A model generated the notes under the pieces. It was not told where the DNA came from and did not search any database. It saw only the letters and a list, made by a program, of their open reading frames with translations. Positions 13,084 through 28,005 of a stretch of DNA of 64,000 nt are shown here, one piece after another. A program made the position numbers and the translations under genes. Location: NCBI RefSeq assembly GCF_009914755.1, contig NC_060935.1. One strand, written 5' to 3'. This DNA comes from the human T2T-CHM13v2.0 reference genome, Homo sapiens. Each line of letters starts with the position of its first letter. Within the stretch, counting starts at the first letter, position 1.

Positions 13084-13502
13084 TGCACCCTCATGCCCTT
13101 TAGGGAATTGTGACTTTGAGAAATGCTGCCCTAGGATTTACAGAATGCTGACAAAGCTTTGTTGACTCAAATGCAAAATATTCTTATAAAGACCAAAATA
13201 GAAATGAATACTCCCTTGAACTCCTTTGGATGTGCACTTTGCGTAGTTATAGCACCTTTTCATCATGTGCAAATGAGACGCAAATGAATCCTTAGTTTGA
13301 CCCAGAAAGAATGTCTTTGCTGGTAGGGACTACGGGAGAGAGAGAAGAGCCAGAATACTGTAGGAAAATTAACACCGGCCACGAGACAACTGGTTGCTAG
13401 CTCGGTAGCTGTGCAACATTGGCATGTTACTTGAACTTCTAGAAATCTGTTCTTTCTTCTGTAAAATGAATATGGTCTGGAAAGTAAAGACCAGTCACCT
13501 CC

Positions 13503-13905
13503 TCTATCAGTTGGAGTCTAATCAGGAAGAAACCTAAGTGTCTTCAACAGAGGGAATTTAATGCAGGGAATGGGTCACACCAGTGTTAGAAAAGCTGCAA
13601 TGCCAAAGAGGGGATAAAGAGATAGCTCAAAGGTTAATAAGAGCAGAAAGTCACTAGTATTCATAGGCTGAAAAGAGAAAGGGAGGAGATAGTGTTCCCG
13701 GAATCCCTGATGGGCTTGTCTGGAGGGCGCTGGGGCCATGGAGGAAATGTAGTAGCTGCTGGAGGCATGCTCAGGGCAGAGAGGGAGCAGAGAAATACCC
13801 TGGCTTCTCATTTTCTTTCTCCAGTCCTTGCAGGCACCTCACTGGCTGAACTCAGGGGAGCATTTCTCCTCTACAGAACAGAGTCTCCTTGCATACAACA
13901 AGAGG
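13503..13905. mobile_element. Old ERVL/MaLR-type LTR fragment
   Basis: tatcagttggagtctaatcaggaa..acagagggaatttaatgcagggaat resembles ancient LTR termini; family uncertain. Confidence 0.45.
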
Positions 13906-15099
13906 GTCAAACAGAGGATGGCTTAATTTTTCCTTCCATTTCTCACTTCTATGATTCTCTCCCTTCAGGTTAAGTAAGTGAGGGTAAGTAAGCTGCCCAG
14001 TAAGTGAACAGTTTTCCAAACAAGCCCACAGCACCACCTCTATATACAGCAACTCTCTGTTTATCAGCACTGCATTAACCAGGACTCTCTATTAACTGGG
14101 ACTTCCAGTTCCTTAAATTTCTTCATGGTTCCTGTGTACTCCCAAAGCATCTTCATCAAACAAACATTAAGTTACGCTTAGAGACCATTTCTCAATTGAA
14201 TATAGATAAAAGATTCTAAGGCCTTGAAAAAAATTAATACATGCATATTAGATATAGCTATAAAAGCCAGACTATCTGATTAATTATGTGACTGGTGTTA
14301 AACTGTTTGGACAAAGGTTGGCTAAATTCCCTATGAATACTTACTTCCCTACTTCTGTGGACAAGGAAAAATAGACCAAAGGTTCAGATAAAAGCTTGAT
14401 TCAATGTCATCTCTTTTCTCACGAATCTTGGTCATGTGTGGGAAGTGACCCAGATCTAGAACCTTAGCCTTTGGGACTTAAAAAAAAAACAAAAAACTGT
14501 TGAGTTGAATCATTAAGTGTTACTGAGGGACAGGAGAGAGGAGGGTAGCTTTCTTAGTTCCAAGACAAATTTTGTTAACAAAGATCTGTGGGTAGACTTG
14601 TGTCTGGGCAAAAGATCAGAAGATGTGCTGTTCTAGGCCTCTTTGCCCTCAGACCCATTCCCTATCCTTTCCCCTTCACTGTACCCCCTTATCTCCTCTT
14701 CTGCTGTCTTCCTCTGGGCCTGATGCTTGAGGATCCAGAAGTTTCTCAGGCTCCCATGTTCCAGCAATCCAGGCCTCCTTCCCAGTAAGGGATGAGTACA
14801 GGGGCCACACATAGCCCTGCAAGTTTTGTAATCCAACTTGAAATCCAATGGCAGAATGAATGGTTATATATGGTGTGACCCAGGACCACATGCAGTTGTA
14901 TCACATGCACTTACAAAAGAGCCCCATTTCTTGGACTCATTCCCAGACTCAATCTCTCTGAGGGTAGGACCAGGAATTCGGCCCTTTTCACAATCTTCCC
15001 AGGTGATTCTCTACATAGTATAATAACACAAACTCATGGAAATATATTTAATGAAAAATGAATAAAAGAATAAATGAAATAACAAATGGTGATGGCTGG

Positions 15100-15830
<731 letters not shown>

Positions 15831-18454
15831 CTTTTTTTTAGCAGTGAATTTGAGTTGTAAGAATATGTATTTCTTTCACTCTGGGATTCACCTACATAAA
15901 GTAATTTTCACTTGAATGAAAAAGAAATCAGTTGTATAAACATCTGTTTTTTCTGAATTTTACTGGTGTAAAAATGGCCACTCAGCCCTGGAAGAAACAA
16001 AGGCACTTTGCCAACTGAAGTTGCAGATGGGAAATTTTTAGAAAGGTCCTGTTCAACCTCTGGAAGGGGAAGATCATATCTGAAAGTCAGGGTAATCCAC
16101 CCAACCCAAATGTTTCTTCTACTATGGGTTCTGAGGATTCGTCCATGTGCTTCTTCTGCATTGCTGCCATCTGATTTCCTTTGCTAGGCTCCTCTTGCAA
16201 CTTGGGCTACAAAGAGGTGCTTCATAGTCCACAGTCTTTGCCTCACCTTCAGTCTTGAGGTGGTCCCCTAGGAGTTATTGGTAGTTGCCGCTGGAAGCCA
16301 TTCTAACAAACCTGGCGAAGGCACAAAAGGATAGAAAGCCTTTAGCCAATATGGTGCCATCAAAAACAAACAGAGCACGCTGCCCAGTCCTCTTCTGGTT
16401 GCCTTTACTAATGCATCAGTCATACTTCTTCTGCACTCGATCTTAGCCAAGAGGTCGAGAAGCCATAGTCATAATTCTTCTGAAATTAATCTCTTCCTGC
16501 CCCACCTCCCCATCATCTGTCTTTGAATTCCCAGGGCTAGTACTCATAAGATTATCTCTTTCTTCTCCTTTATGAGGAGACCCATTCTTTTTCACAAACC
16601 AGCCACAAAAGCAAGTGTCATTACCCCCTACCGGAAATACCAGACAGAGAGTTCATCTGGGGTTAGTTTCTAATCAAGCCTCCTGCCCGGGTTTTTCCTG
16701 CTCCTGTCTTGAAGCGACCACAGGGGGAGAGCAGTTTCCAAATATGATCCCTCCTTTCCACTGTCACTTGTCCAACCCCGACCACTATCATTCTTTTATT
16801 TGCTTCTCCCCTGAGCCAGCCAAGAGCCTAGGTCAGTGACAGGGCAGGCAGAAGAGAGAGGGGCTTCCAGGAAGGAGAGGGAGCAACCCACAGAAGAGGC
16901 AGCAAGACAGGAAGGCGGGCAGGGGCTGAAAATCCAATACATATCTAAGTACATTTTTCTAGGATGGGCTTCTACACTCAGCCAAAACATATATTGCATA
17001 TTGTTTGTATTTTTTAGAGGTTTACAGGTCTCCCTGAAAGTCCCTCTGTGGAATTATAAACCTCTAATAAAAAATCCCAGGGTTAAAGAAAGGAAAAGAT
17101 GAAGGAGAGGCCCACACTCTGAAAGGAAAGGGTTCAGCGACTCCTGGAAGGTTCTGGATGGTGCTTCCTTGACCAAGTCAGCTGCTTCTTCTACCTGGTC
17201 TCCTTTGTGGTTCAGCTGGGGTGGGGCTTACTAGAAAAAGCTGTGGGAGGTGGTTGCTCCAACGTATGGGGGCTGTCTGTAAGTGTAGGTGTTATCTGAT
17301 GAAAGCTGCCCCGGGTGAGGGTTTGTACAGAAAGCTCCTGGTGGTGGGGAGATAATGTCAAGCTTCTCTCTCTCTCCCAGATCCTGGTTGTATCCTCTGT
17401 CCCTCTCCACCCCCACCCACTCACCCACAGACTTCCAAGGAACCGGCGCCTGCAGACATGCCTCTCTGATGCCCTCCCAGTAACCCCTGGCAGGCAGCAC
17501 AGCGCCAAACCTCTTGGCCTTACCCCACTGGGCCCATGACCCAGTGGCTGTGCCTCTGGGTCCTCCCTGTCCTGCAAAGAGAACTGGGCCCTCAGTCAGG
17601 TTCTTCTGCTCCAACCCAGTGGCCACCTGTGCTCTTGGGGAGCTCGGGGGAGGCTGGGAAACTTTCAAAGAGCAGTTAATCACTAACTAGCTGGAGATAA
17701 GAGAGAGAGAATGAAACAATTGAGAAAATGCCCAACCCAGAGGTTAGTGCTTCCCTGCCTGCACACGCCAGAACCTGGCCCGCCCAGAGAAACTGGCGAT
17801 CAAACTGAGTTTGTTCACTGGAGAGAGCTGACATACAGTCTCTAAGGGGCTGCAGTATCCCAGGCTGAGGTCCAGTGGCAGCCGCTGCCCCTTTCCTCCT
17901 AGGGCCCTTTCCTTCAGCCATGCCTCAGCCCTGAAGACAAACAGGAGCAGTTTTCAAGGAGCCCTTCCCTTATCTCTAAGGTCTGGGCCTGGAATTCAGC
18001 TTGGCCCATTTACTATGCCAGCTCTGTGCAGGGTGCAGAGATCCAAGATAAATCAGACAGGGTCTCTGCTGTCAGTGTGCTCAAGGAAAGAGGCTTTTAG
18101 GGGAAACAAATCTAAACGACTGCCAGCTGGAACTTCAACTCTGTAAAGCAGCACCCTGCCACATCTGCCTGCTGGAACATTTTCATCTGCTGGGCTCACG
18201 TAGCTGTGCAACAGCTGGGGCTGGGGTCACATTCTGGGCTGATCTGATGATTATTTTGGCTAGAGTGAGCTCATCCTTTTTGTTTTCAGGAGCTGTTCAA
18301 GGGTGGTCTGATGGTTTGGATCAAGACTAGCTGTATCCCGGAGAAGAATACGTTGACTTTTCTGGGGTGGGGTCTGGGGCAGAAAGCAAGAAGGCTGCCT
18401 TACTTCAAGGAAGGCTCTCCTTCCACCTTCTGCCCTCTGAGTGCCTTGTATGCG

Positions 18455-18675
18455 CAAGTGACACTAGACAAAGTGCTTAACACTTATTACCTGACTTGAA
18501 TCTCCCAATGGCCCTGTAAAGCAGGTACTCCATTATCATCACCACCCTTCTTTTTACAGGCAAGAAAACCAAGGCACAGTCAGTTTAAATAACTGGCTCA
18601 AGGCTGCACGGCCGATAAGTAGCAAATTTGGACTTCGAATCTGGGCGCTCTGGCTTCAAAGTGTGCTGTCCATTG
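18455..18675 (-). mobile_element. MIR SINE
   Basis: ttttacaggcaagaaaaccaaggcacag..aaataactggctcaaggc. Confidence 0.7.
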
Positions 18676-18877
18676 TTCAGGTTCTGGTCTGGTACTGGCA
18701 ATGTCAGCCACACCTGGAAGCTTGCTAGGACTATAGAATCCCCAGCTGACCCCAAACTCCCCAAATTAGCACCATGATTTTAACAAGATCTCAGGTGATT
18801 GGTGTACACATTACAGTTAGAGAAACACTGCCCTTTTCACATTATATGGCTCTGTGCTCAGTACAGATTTAATTTTC

Positions 18878-19106
18878 TTTTTTTTTTTTTTATTATACTT
18901 TGAGTTCTGGGGTACATGCGCAGAACATGCAGGTTTGTTACATAGGTATATATGTGCCATGGTGGCTTGCTGCACCCATCAACAGGCCCCGGTGTGTGAT
19001 ATTCCCCTCCCTGTGTCCATGTGTTCTCATTGTTCAACTCCCACTTATGAGTGAGAATGCGGTGTTTGGTTTTCTGTTCTTGTGTTAGTTTCACAATCAT
19101 TCTCAG
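18878..19106 (-). mobile_element. Short L1PA (PA7/8-like) 3' end with internal deletion and micro 5' inversion
   Basis: Poly-T + ttattatactttgagttctggggtacatg..; TSD cagattta(a/g)(t/c)tttc at 18864-77 and 19104-17. Confidence 0.93.
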
Positions 19107-19979
19107 ATTTAGCTTTCAAACTATTCATTCCACCTGCCAACAATTAGCGAGCTCCAGACATTGTGCCAGGTGAATGATGGAGGTGAAGAGACAAATTTCC
19201 TTATAGAACTTGGCCATGCCCTTCATGCAGGCAGTGTGTGGAGTGCAAGTCAGGACACTTGGATCTAAATCCAGTGCTACCACCTGCCGGCTGCGAGACT
19301 GTGGCTGAGTCATTTCACCTTCTTGGGTCCCAGGTTCCTAATCGGTAAAACCGGGAGGCAAGCCAGAGATGTCCGGCCCCAGCAGCATATTCTATGTGAA
19401 CAGGATGAGGTGCCCAGCAGGCAATCAGTGGGGATCTGCTGAATGAGGGAACCAGTAAATGAGTGAGTGAACCGATCATCCACCACAAGGAAAGAGCCCT
19501 CCATTTCCAAATGAAGAAAAGAAGTATGCTAGTGGAGGGGAGACGGGATTATCTGCTGTGTGTCAGGGAAGAGTAGGGCCTTCCCAAGCTCCCTTAATAC
19601 TAACATTACACAGGGGTCCTCGCTTGCCCTTCTCAATGGTCCACTCAGATGATTTCTCTTGGCGAATGTCTGCCCCACATCTGTGTGTCACTCAGCAACT
19701 TTGGCCACCTATCCAGTGTGAGATCTCTAGATCACAAGGTGGGGAAAGGGGTGAGGAATGACCTAGAATCCTGGCCTCTGGCCTTAGAGCCTCACTTGTT
19801 AAAGGGAAAGGGGCAAATAAGATCTGAACATCAAAAATTATTTCAGCTTGCCTTCCCTCTCACTTTTCTCTGTCCCCTTCTCCTCTTGTCTTCCCTGCAA
19901 ACCACTTTGAGTCTCCTTTGGTTACCAAGATAAAACCAATCCACATTAACTATGGCTGGTATTTTTTTCGCTTTTACTC

Positions 19980-20200
19980 CAAGCCAGTGCATAGTGCATT
20001 TTGCTCACATTAGATTATGGAATCCTTCAAACAACCTGATGATGAGTGGGTGCCATTGATACCCCCATTTTATAGCTGGGACAACTGAGGCACAGGGTTG
20101 TTAAGCAGCTAACCTGAGGCCACTCGGTCACTTCCTTGTGGTGGACCCAGGATTTGAATCCAGGTTTGCTCAACTCCAAAGCCTGTGTACTAAACGACAC
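19980..20200 (-). mobile_element. MIR SINE
   Basis: ccccattttatagctgggacaactgaggcacag..ggatttgaatccagg. Confidence 0.8.
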
Positions 20201-20274
20201 TTCCTGCCTTGATAAGATAATTGTGGTTGTTACTTGGCCAAATAAAAAGCCTATGGAGAAGTTGTTTCCAATGA

Positions 20275-20450
20275 AGCATATCAGCTTCTAAATCTGGCTG
20301 AACATTGGACTCTCCAAAGGGGCACAAAATACAGCTTTCCGGGCACCATCTTGAAATGACTGATTCAGCAAATTGGTCGTAGGCAGCGAGGCACCTGTAG
20401 TTTGGTAAAGCTCCCAGGTGATTCTGATAATGAGCTTGTGCAGAACCCAT
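20275..20450. mobile_element. MER5-type hAT-Charlie MITE
   Basis: tggctgaacattgga..ctgattcag..aagctcccaggtgattctgat. Confidence 0.65.
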
Positions 20451-20778
20451 TTACCTAAGGAGAACGCGGGTTCAAAGGGACTGGACGGCTCTTCCTTATT
20501 TAGAGTAGGAGGCTGTTGGCTTCTGAGAATGAGGGCTAATTAACTTTGGGGAGCTTCCTGCAGTGACCTTTGCCTTCGGGGAAAGTGTGGGGATTGAGAT
20601 AAGAGAGAGAAATCCTTGGCGGCTAGGAGGAAGGGTAGGGTGTTTGCTGTCAGGCTCCAGGCTTAGCCCTCGTGGTGTCCCTCCTGGAGATGGTGTGCAC
20701 TGAGTGCAGTGGCTGCTGGAGAGTGGGTGGAGAGATGAAGGTGATAGGGGTGGGATTAATTAAAATATCAGGCAGTGT

Positions 20779-21072
20779 GGCTGGGCGCAGTGGTTCACAC
20801 CTGTAATCCCAGCGCTTTAGGAGGCCAAGGCAGGTGGATCACCTGAGATTGGGAATTCGAGTTTAGCGTGGCCAACATGACGAAACCCTGTCTCTACTAA
20901 AAAAATGTAAAAATTAGCTGGGTGTGGTGGTGCACTGCAATCCCAGCTACTCGGGAGGGTGAGGTATGAGAATTTCTCAAACCCAGGAGGCAGAGGCTGC
21001 AAGTGAGCGGAGATCACACCACTGCACTCCGGCTGGGGCAACAGAGAGAGACTCTGTCTCAAAGAAAAGAAG
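20779..21072 (+). mobile_element. Full-length AluS
   Basis: ggctgggcgcagtgg..gagactctgtctcaaa; short TSD gcagtg. Confidence 0.95.
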
Positions 21073-22724
21073 CAGTGAACCTTTAGATTATCCCACTCTA
21101 AAAGTGAGGCAACCTTAGTTTTTCTGGGTCTTTAGAAGCAGAAGTGCCCTTGGGTATTTCTAGGCTGAGGGCCCCACCTAGTTCAAGCCTTCTAAACATC
21201 CAGTGTTTTGCTATATTCATTTACCACTTGTCCTATTAGACTCTTAGGTCTTTTTTTTTAATGACTCACTTATTAAAGAATGTGCATTTATTTACAAGGC
21301 AATAATATCACTACCTTTAATGGAAAATTAGCAACCCTGGCTACACCTAGAAGGTAACTGTTAATAAATAGGATGAAACCCAAGGCTGGAATTAACTTCT
21401 CATTGGATCCTGCAGCCTATGCTCCTTTCACTGAAGGGTGATATCAGCCAACTGAGACCTCCTCTAAAGTCTGTGAAGGATTGAATTAAGAGAATTGGAA
21501 AGGGCACACATTTCTCATGATGTGATTCAATATTGATTAATTCCAGGTTCACCTATTATCTAAAACCATGTTACTGAAAGTGGCTTATAAATACCGCAGC
21601 ACCAGAATGTAAACTCCACAAGGGCAGAGTTTTTGGTTTTGTTTTGTCTTTTAAAAATCTGTTCATTGCTTTATTCCTAGACTCTGGAACAGTACTTGGA
21701 ATATAGTAGGTGTTCACATATTTATTGACTACGTGGACTCTTTTTAGACTGAGAAGCGGAATATAAAGTCAGAGGGTCCGACTGGTGATCGAATGCCTTC
21801 GTTCTGTACTCAAGCCCACTCACCCACTTAGTTTTGAGAACTCTGGTGACCCAACCTACAGCCTGTCCCACCTTCAACTTATTCCCATTCCTTGGGTGCA
21901 CGTGTTGCTGTGAGGATCAGATGAGGTCATGGATGGGCAGGACTCTGAACTGCGTGCCCTCTGCACAGGGAAACAGCTGGGCCGATTATAAATTGCAAAG
22001 GGGATGCCTGATGGTGGCCCCATGACTTTTCATATGCTTTGGGCTGTTGTGAGAGAGAGTGCCCAAAGCCTGATTCTGGAACATTTTCTTTGCTGTCTTC
22101 TAAATGAGAACCTGCTTGCTTCAATTCTCCCACTGAGCAATCATGCTGACATGAGGGAGGCGGAGTCAGACCTTACATTGTTGAGACCAGATTCTGTGTT
22201 CTACGAGTATTGGGAAGGGTGATGCAGGCAGGCACCCACCATGTTCCCTGTGAGTGCTTATTTTTAATAAAAACCTTGGTATACTGCTATTAATGAAAAT
22301 AATAATAATAATAATAATTACTCCTGCTAATAATATAAGGAAACACCCACTGGTCTGTGACTGAGCCAGCCTTGCCTGAAGGCAGGGGAATGAATTCAAT
22401 GACCTCTTGACACTGGTCTCAGCCCTTTGGTTCTATTACCACCTTGTAAACCTGAGGTTGTTCTGTTTTTATCCCTAGGGAGTTGTGGTTAGAACCTGCC
22501 AGAAATTTCTCACTATGAATCAATCTTCCATTGGTCACTGCCCTTTTCAACATGCCTGTCATTCAAGACTTACGATTTCCTAGGCATTGACAGAGAGAAA
22601 CTGGCCATGTGGACCAAGGCAGTGGGATTTACGTGACACCCGCCAAGCCGGTGGGGCTAAGTTCCATTGCTGAAGTCTGATACCTGTCATCTGCTGTGGG
22701 GTGACATCCACACCATGTCATTCT

Positions 22725-23270
22725 CCATTCGTTCAATACATATTTGTGGATTCCTAAAATGCCCCTGCTGCTGTGATAGTCCAGCTCAAGAGAGAGGAAG
22801 TACATGAGATGTTACCACACAGTGTGGTATGTGCTGGAGAGGTGAAGACTCTGGAGCAGAGAGGCAACAACTCAGGTGGGGACTGAATGGTGGCGGGGTG
22901 AGCTCATCAGGAAAGGCCCCCCCAGGGAAGCTGTGTTTGGGCTGGGGTCTAAGGATGAGCAGCAGTTAGCCAGGGAAGACAAGGAGTAAATGTACCTAGG
23001 CATGTGGGGCAGTCTATGCAATAATGTGGGGAGGAAGCAAAGAGAAAGAGAATGGGAGAATGGCCTGCCTGTTTGGGGAAATGAAAGGAGCCAGTATGTA
23101 AAAATCAGGTGAGAGACAGCTGGAGATGAGGCTGCAGAAATAGGTAGGTGCCAGGTCACAGAGGGCCTTGTGAATAGTATCATGGACGCTGGACTTTACT
23201 CCAAAGGGCATGGGAGCCATCAAAGGGTGTTGAACAAGGAGATGCACATTATAGAAAGGCCAGGAAGGCC
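22725..23270 (-). mobile_element. L2 fragment
   Basis: cattcgttcaatacatatttg.., gccaggtcacagagggccttgtga, ggactttactc..gggagccat. Confidence 0.75.
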
Positions 23271-23689
23271 TCTGGGATCTCCTCTTCTCCAAACTGTGGC
23301 TCTGGGGACAGCTCCCTATAGTGGTCTTGGGCAGCACCAAACTGGTGTTTAGGCTCAGCTCACATGCAGCTCACAGCAAGATGGTGACAAATGACTCATC
23401 CTCAAACAACAGAGCAGGCATAGGAAGGAGGCCCCAGTTAGGATCTTGCTTACCTGGTTTGCTGGTGGCCTATGCATTTAATTGTAGAACAGAATGCCAA
23501 GCCACTTTTTAACCTTTCTTCTACACCATGCCCTGCACCTCCCCTTCTCTCTCTGCTCTTCTCCCTTCCACCCTCAAATTTCTAAGCCATGTCCAGGTCT
23601 CGTTTTCACCTGTGCCAGAGAAGATCTATCTGACTTTGGCCATGGAAGAGGTATAGCAGGTATCAGTTGGAGAGGGCTGGAAAAGCTCC

Positions 23690-23900
23690 CTGGTGCTAGA
23701 TATGGACGACCTGAGCTTCCAGTCCTGGCTCTTGCAGCCACCAGGCATTTGACATGGGCAGAAGCACTTTTCCTCACTGAGCCTCTGTTTCCTCATCTGT
23801 AAAATGGGAATCATGGTGATGGTGTGATATTTGAACAAGTTTTTTTTTTTTTTTCAAAATTGCTTTGTAAACTGCAAAGCTCTGAATAAGTGTTTATTTG
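23690..23900 (+). mobile_element. MIR SINE
   Basis: ctgagcctctgtttcctcatctgtaaaatggg. Confidence 0.85.
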
Positions 23901-23979
23901 GGATTATTAGGAACTGCTTTGCTGGAACAGTCTACCAGAGGGATGGAAGGAGAGGAACTGAGAAATCCATTCTTTGAAA

Positions 23980-24535
23980 TATTTTTATCATATGAGATAC
24001 AAATATGTATCTATATAAATATAGATATAAATATGAACAAATATATCTGTCATAAAATTTAAAAAAGGATGAACCTTGCCCCCAATCTCACCCCTAGCAG
24101 CAACTATTAATTTTTTGTTGTATATCTGCCCAGACACATATAAAATATATATTCAAACAAAAAATATAATCATATTATAAACTTTGTTTTTTAGCTTGTT
24201 TATTCACATTACATGGAAATCTTTCAGCATCATGGCATATAGATCTGTCTTTTTAATATTACTTCATGGTCTAGGTGAACCATAGTTTATTTAGCATTTT
24301 CCTTTTGGTAAACATTAAAGTTAGTTGCAATTTTTCATCATATATTTTTTCTGGTCTTTTGTACATATATCTATGAGAGAAATTCCTAGAAATAGGGTTG
24401 CTGACTCAAAGGATACCAGCATTTTAAATTTTGGTAGGTACTACCAAATTGCTCTTCATAAAGAGTGTACAAATACACCCTCCCACAAACAGAGTGCCTG
24501 CCTTCCATGCCTGGACCAACCACAGGCATTACCAC
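23980..24535 (-). mobile_element. L1ME-like relic
   Basis: aattcctagaaatagggttgctgactcaaagg..ccaaattgctct..cactcccac-like text. Confidence 0.65.
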
Positions 24536-24544
24536 CTCTGCTGA

Positions 24545-25143
<599 letters not shown>

Positions 25144-26029
25144 TTGCTGAGGCTTTTAAAACCATGAAACGCTCCTCCTCCCTCAAATGGTCATGTGGCC
25201 ACTGCCTGCTTCATCACACTGCTCCTCTGTCTGACAAGCCTGTTCTTATATAACACCAGTAGGTAGGGCCATCCGAGACATGGTTATCCAATAAAATGGT
25301 AAGAACCAGCCCTAGGGTATTTGGGAAACTGGCTGTGAGGGTTCAATGGAATATTCACATTTCCAAACATAAAATCTAGCAGCAATGGAGAAACGTACTT
25401 TAAGCAGAGAGTTTTGCGCCTGACACAAGAAATTATTATTATTGTTGTTATTGAAAGTTCTGACACACAGATCTCGGTTGTGTTTGGAAGGAGGATAGTC
25501 AGAGAGAGGAGGAAGGTATGAAGAGGTCGAGGTGTTAGTTTTAAAAAGTGTGTCTTTGTCATTGTCGAGCTGTGGCTGGTCCCACAACCTGGTTCTATCA
25601 GGCCTTTGGTGTTACAAAATGCAAAACACCAGGCAACCAAATAGCGTTTCCATGGAAGTATCCCATGACCTCTGGTGCTGTGTACAGGTGAGACAGTGAG
25701 CACTCAGAAAGGGATGGCCTGGGTGGGGAGGGCGAAAGGGGCCTCTCCAGCCTCTGCAACATAAAACAAGGGGCCAATGGAAAGTTCTGGAACTGGATCA
25801 CTAAGAAGACAGGCCCCACTGCTGGCATGAGTGGGATGACCAAAGAATTAGGAAACTGAGATTGGAGTTGGTCACCAATTCAACTGGCCCATTTAAAAAT
25901 TTTCATAAGCAGGGACAGAGGATCAAGCCAAGAGCACTAGGGAGATGGTGATGAATGGAAATTGTGTAAGGTAGATGGCTATGTGCCGGGGAAGGAGGAG
26001 AGAGGATTCAGAATTATAGGAATAATACA

Positions 26030-26250
26030 TGAAATGACTGACAAAAGTAGCCTTTTATGTGTGTTATGTAATTTAATCCTCTTAACCTTATAGAGTTAGC
26101 ACTGTCAGGATCCACATTAAAAAAAAAAAAGACGAAGCAGAAGCTCGGAGAAGTCAAATTACTTGGCCAAGGTCAAGGTCACACAGCCACATGTGGCAAA
26201 TCTGGAATACAAACTTAGGTCTATCTGACTTTAAACCAAAATGCTGCATA
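26030..26250 (-). mobile_element. MIR SINE
   Basis: acttggccaaggtcaaggtcacacagc..aaacttaggtctatctgact. Confidence 0.65.
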
Positions 26251-27094
26251 TAGCTTCGATTTCAGCACAGCAGGGTTCAACTTGGAGATAGAGGGTGGTG
26301 TTATAGATTACCAGATACGATAGTGGTAGGTTTTCTTCTGTCTTGATGAAAGATGAGCTATTTTTATCCTGTTGCAGGACAACGCGAAGGATCATGACTT
26401 CCATTTTTGAACTGACATTGTAGATTTGTGTATATTTGACAGCTCTACCACATTCCCAACCCTATGCCCTCCTATCACTCTTTTTGAGAATACTGGGCTA
26501 GTTGGGGGCAGTGTTGGGGGACTTGGGCCTGGGCGTATGCTGGGAGGAAAGGCAAGGAGATTATGCAGTGTGGTAGTAGGGACTGGGGGAAGTTTTTTTG
26601 TTTTTTGTTTTTGTTTTTAAAATCCTAGTTGGTCCCCAGTGGAGCCTCCAGACCTCCTCAAAGTCTTTGAGGTTGTGATTAATTACCATATAAACTAGAC
26701 AGTCCTTGGCCTTGGTGTTGCCATTCCAGCCTGTAATTATCTTCATCACAAGTTGCTGTCTGGCTTTGTTCTGTAGGTAGAGGCTCTTTCGTAGGTCCCT
26801 GCATGTCCCTGAGTCACTAGCAGGCTCACTTGTGCTTATCCAAACTGGTGAATCATTAGCTGTCACCCTGGAGAGCAGTGCAGTTTGGGAAGGCGTGGGT
26901 GCGCCCATGGAGAGGGTGATCCCCTCTCTCTTCTTTCCAGGCATGCGTAAGGAGCAGTGGCAGAGAATTACGGAACAGAGGATGCTATCATAGGTGACCT
27001 ATGAGCCAGGCACGTACATACGTGTCATCTCAATGAAAGCTTTACAGCACAGGTTATACAAGTAGTACACAGGGATAAACAGCAAGGTTCTTAG

Positions 27095-27435
27095 GTGGGT
27101 TTCAGACCTGGCTCTGTCATTTATCTAGAGGTATGACCTTGGCCCAACCTTCCTAACTTGTCTATGCCTTGATTTCCTCAACTATAAAATAGAGATAAAA
27201 ATGGTAACTGCATCCAAGAGCTTTTGAGAGGAATTGATGCAAAGATGCAAGTACAGTGCCTAGCAAACTGAAGCACTCCATGAGGAGTGGTGATGCGGAT
27301 GCTAATGCTGATGCTGGGACAAACTTACACCCACTTTACAGATGGGAGAACTGAGCCTCAAGTTGTTTAAAGTGGCATAGCTAGTAAGTGGTAGACTTGG
27401 GATGAAAACCCCAGTCTGTTTCCAAGTCAGGAACC
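27095..27435. mobile_element. Two MIR fragments in opposite orientation
   Basis: tgaccttggcccaac..tttcctcaactataaaat (+) then cccactttacagatgggagaactgag (-). Confidence 0.75.
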
Positions 27436-27809
27436 CTTTCCTCCATAATGCCGTCTGCATAAATTAGACTGTTGGACTGAAAAACAATCCGTTCAAACCA
27501 CAAGGGTACATTGGCCCAGGTTGCTTCTATGTTTTATCCTCAATCTGAAGCAATATAATGAGCAATGTAATGAGATTATGTTAATATTTACTCAGGGTTC
27601 TGGGAAACCCAGAAGGGTTTCAGGGTAAACCATCTCCCAGCAAGCAAGGGCTCGCCCGCTAATTCCCCTTTCTTCCAAGACTGATCAGATTGCCCAGTGC
27701 CTAGTAAAATGCCAGTTTCCTTCTATGTGGAAGGGAGCAAAGCTGTCAGCTCCTGCTGGGGCACAGGGAGAGGATGTTTCTTGTGGATAGGTAGGTGGTG
27801 CTTAGGGGT

Positions 27810-28005
27810 AGAGGCTCTGAGATCAGGCAGACATGGTTTCTATCTGTCCTCCCAGCAGTGTGTCCTTGGGTAAGTTACTTAATGTTTCTCAGCTTCAATG
27901 TCCTCATCTTAAGATGAGGGATTATCATGCTACTTTGTGGGGCCTTTGTGAGGATTAAATGAGATCTTAGTATCTGGCACATAGTAAGTGCTTAATAAAA
28001 ATAAT
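27810..28005 (+). mobile_element. MIR SINE
   Basis: ccttgggtaagttacttaa..gtgaggattaaatgagat..ggcacatagtaagtgcttaataaa. Confidence 0.85.
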
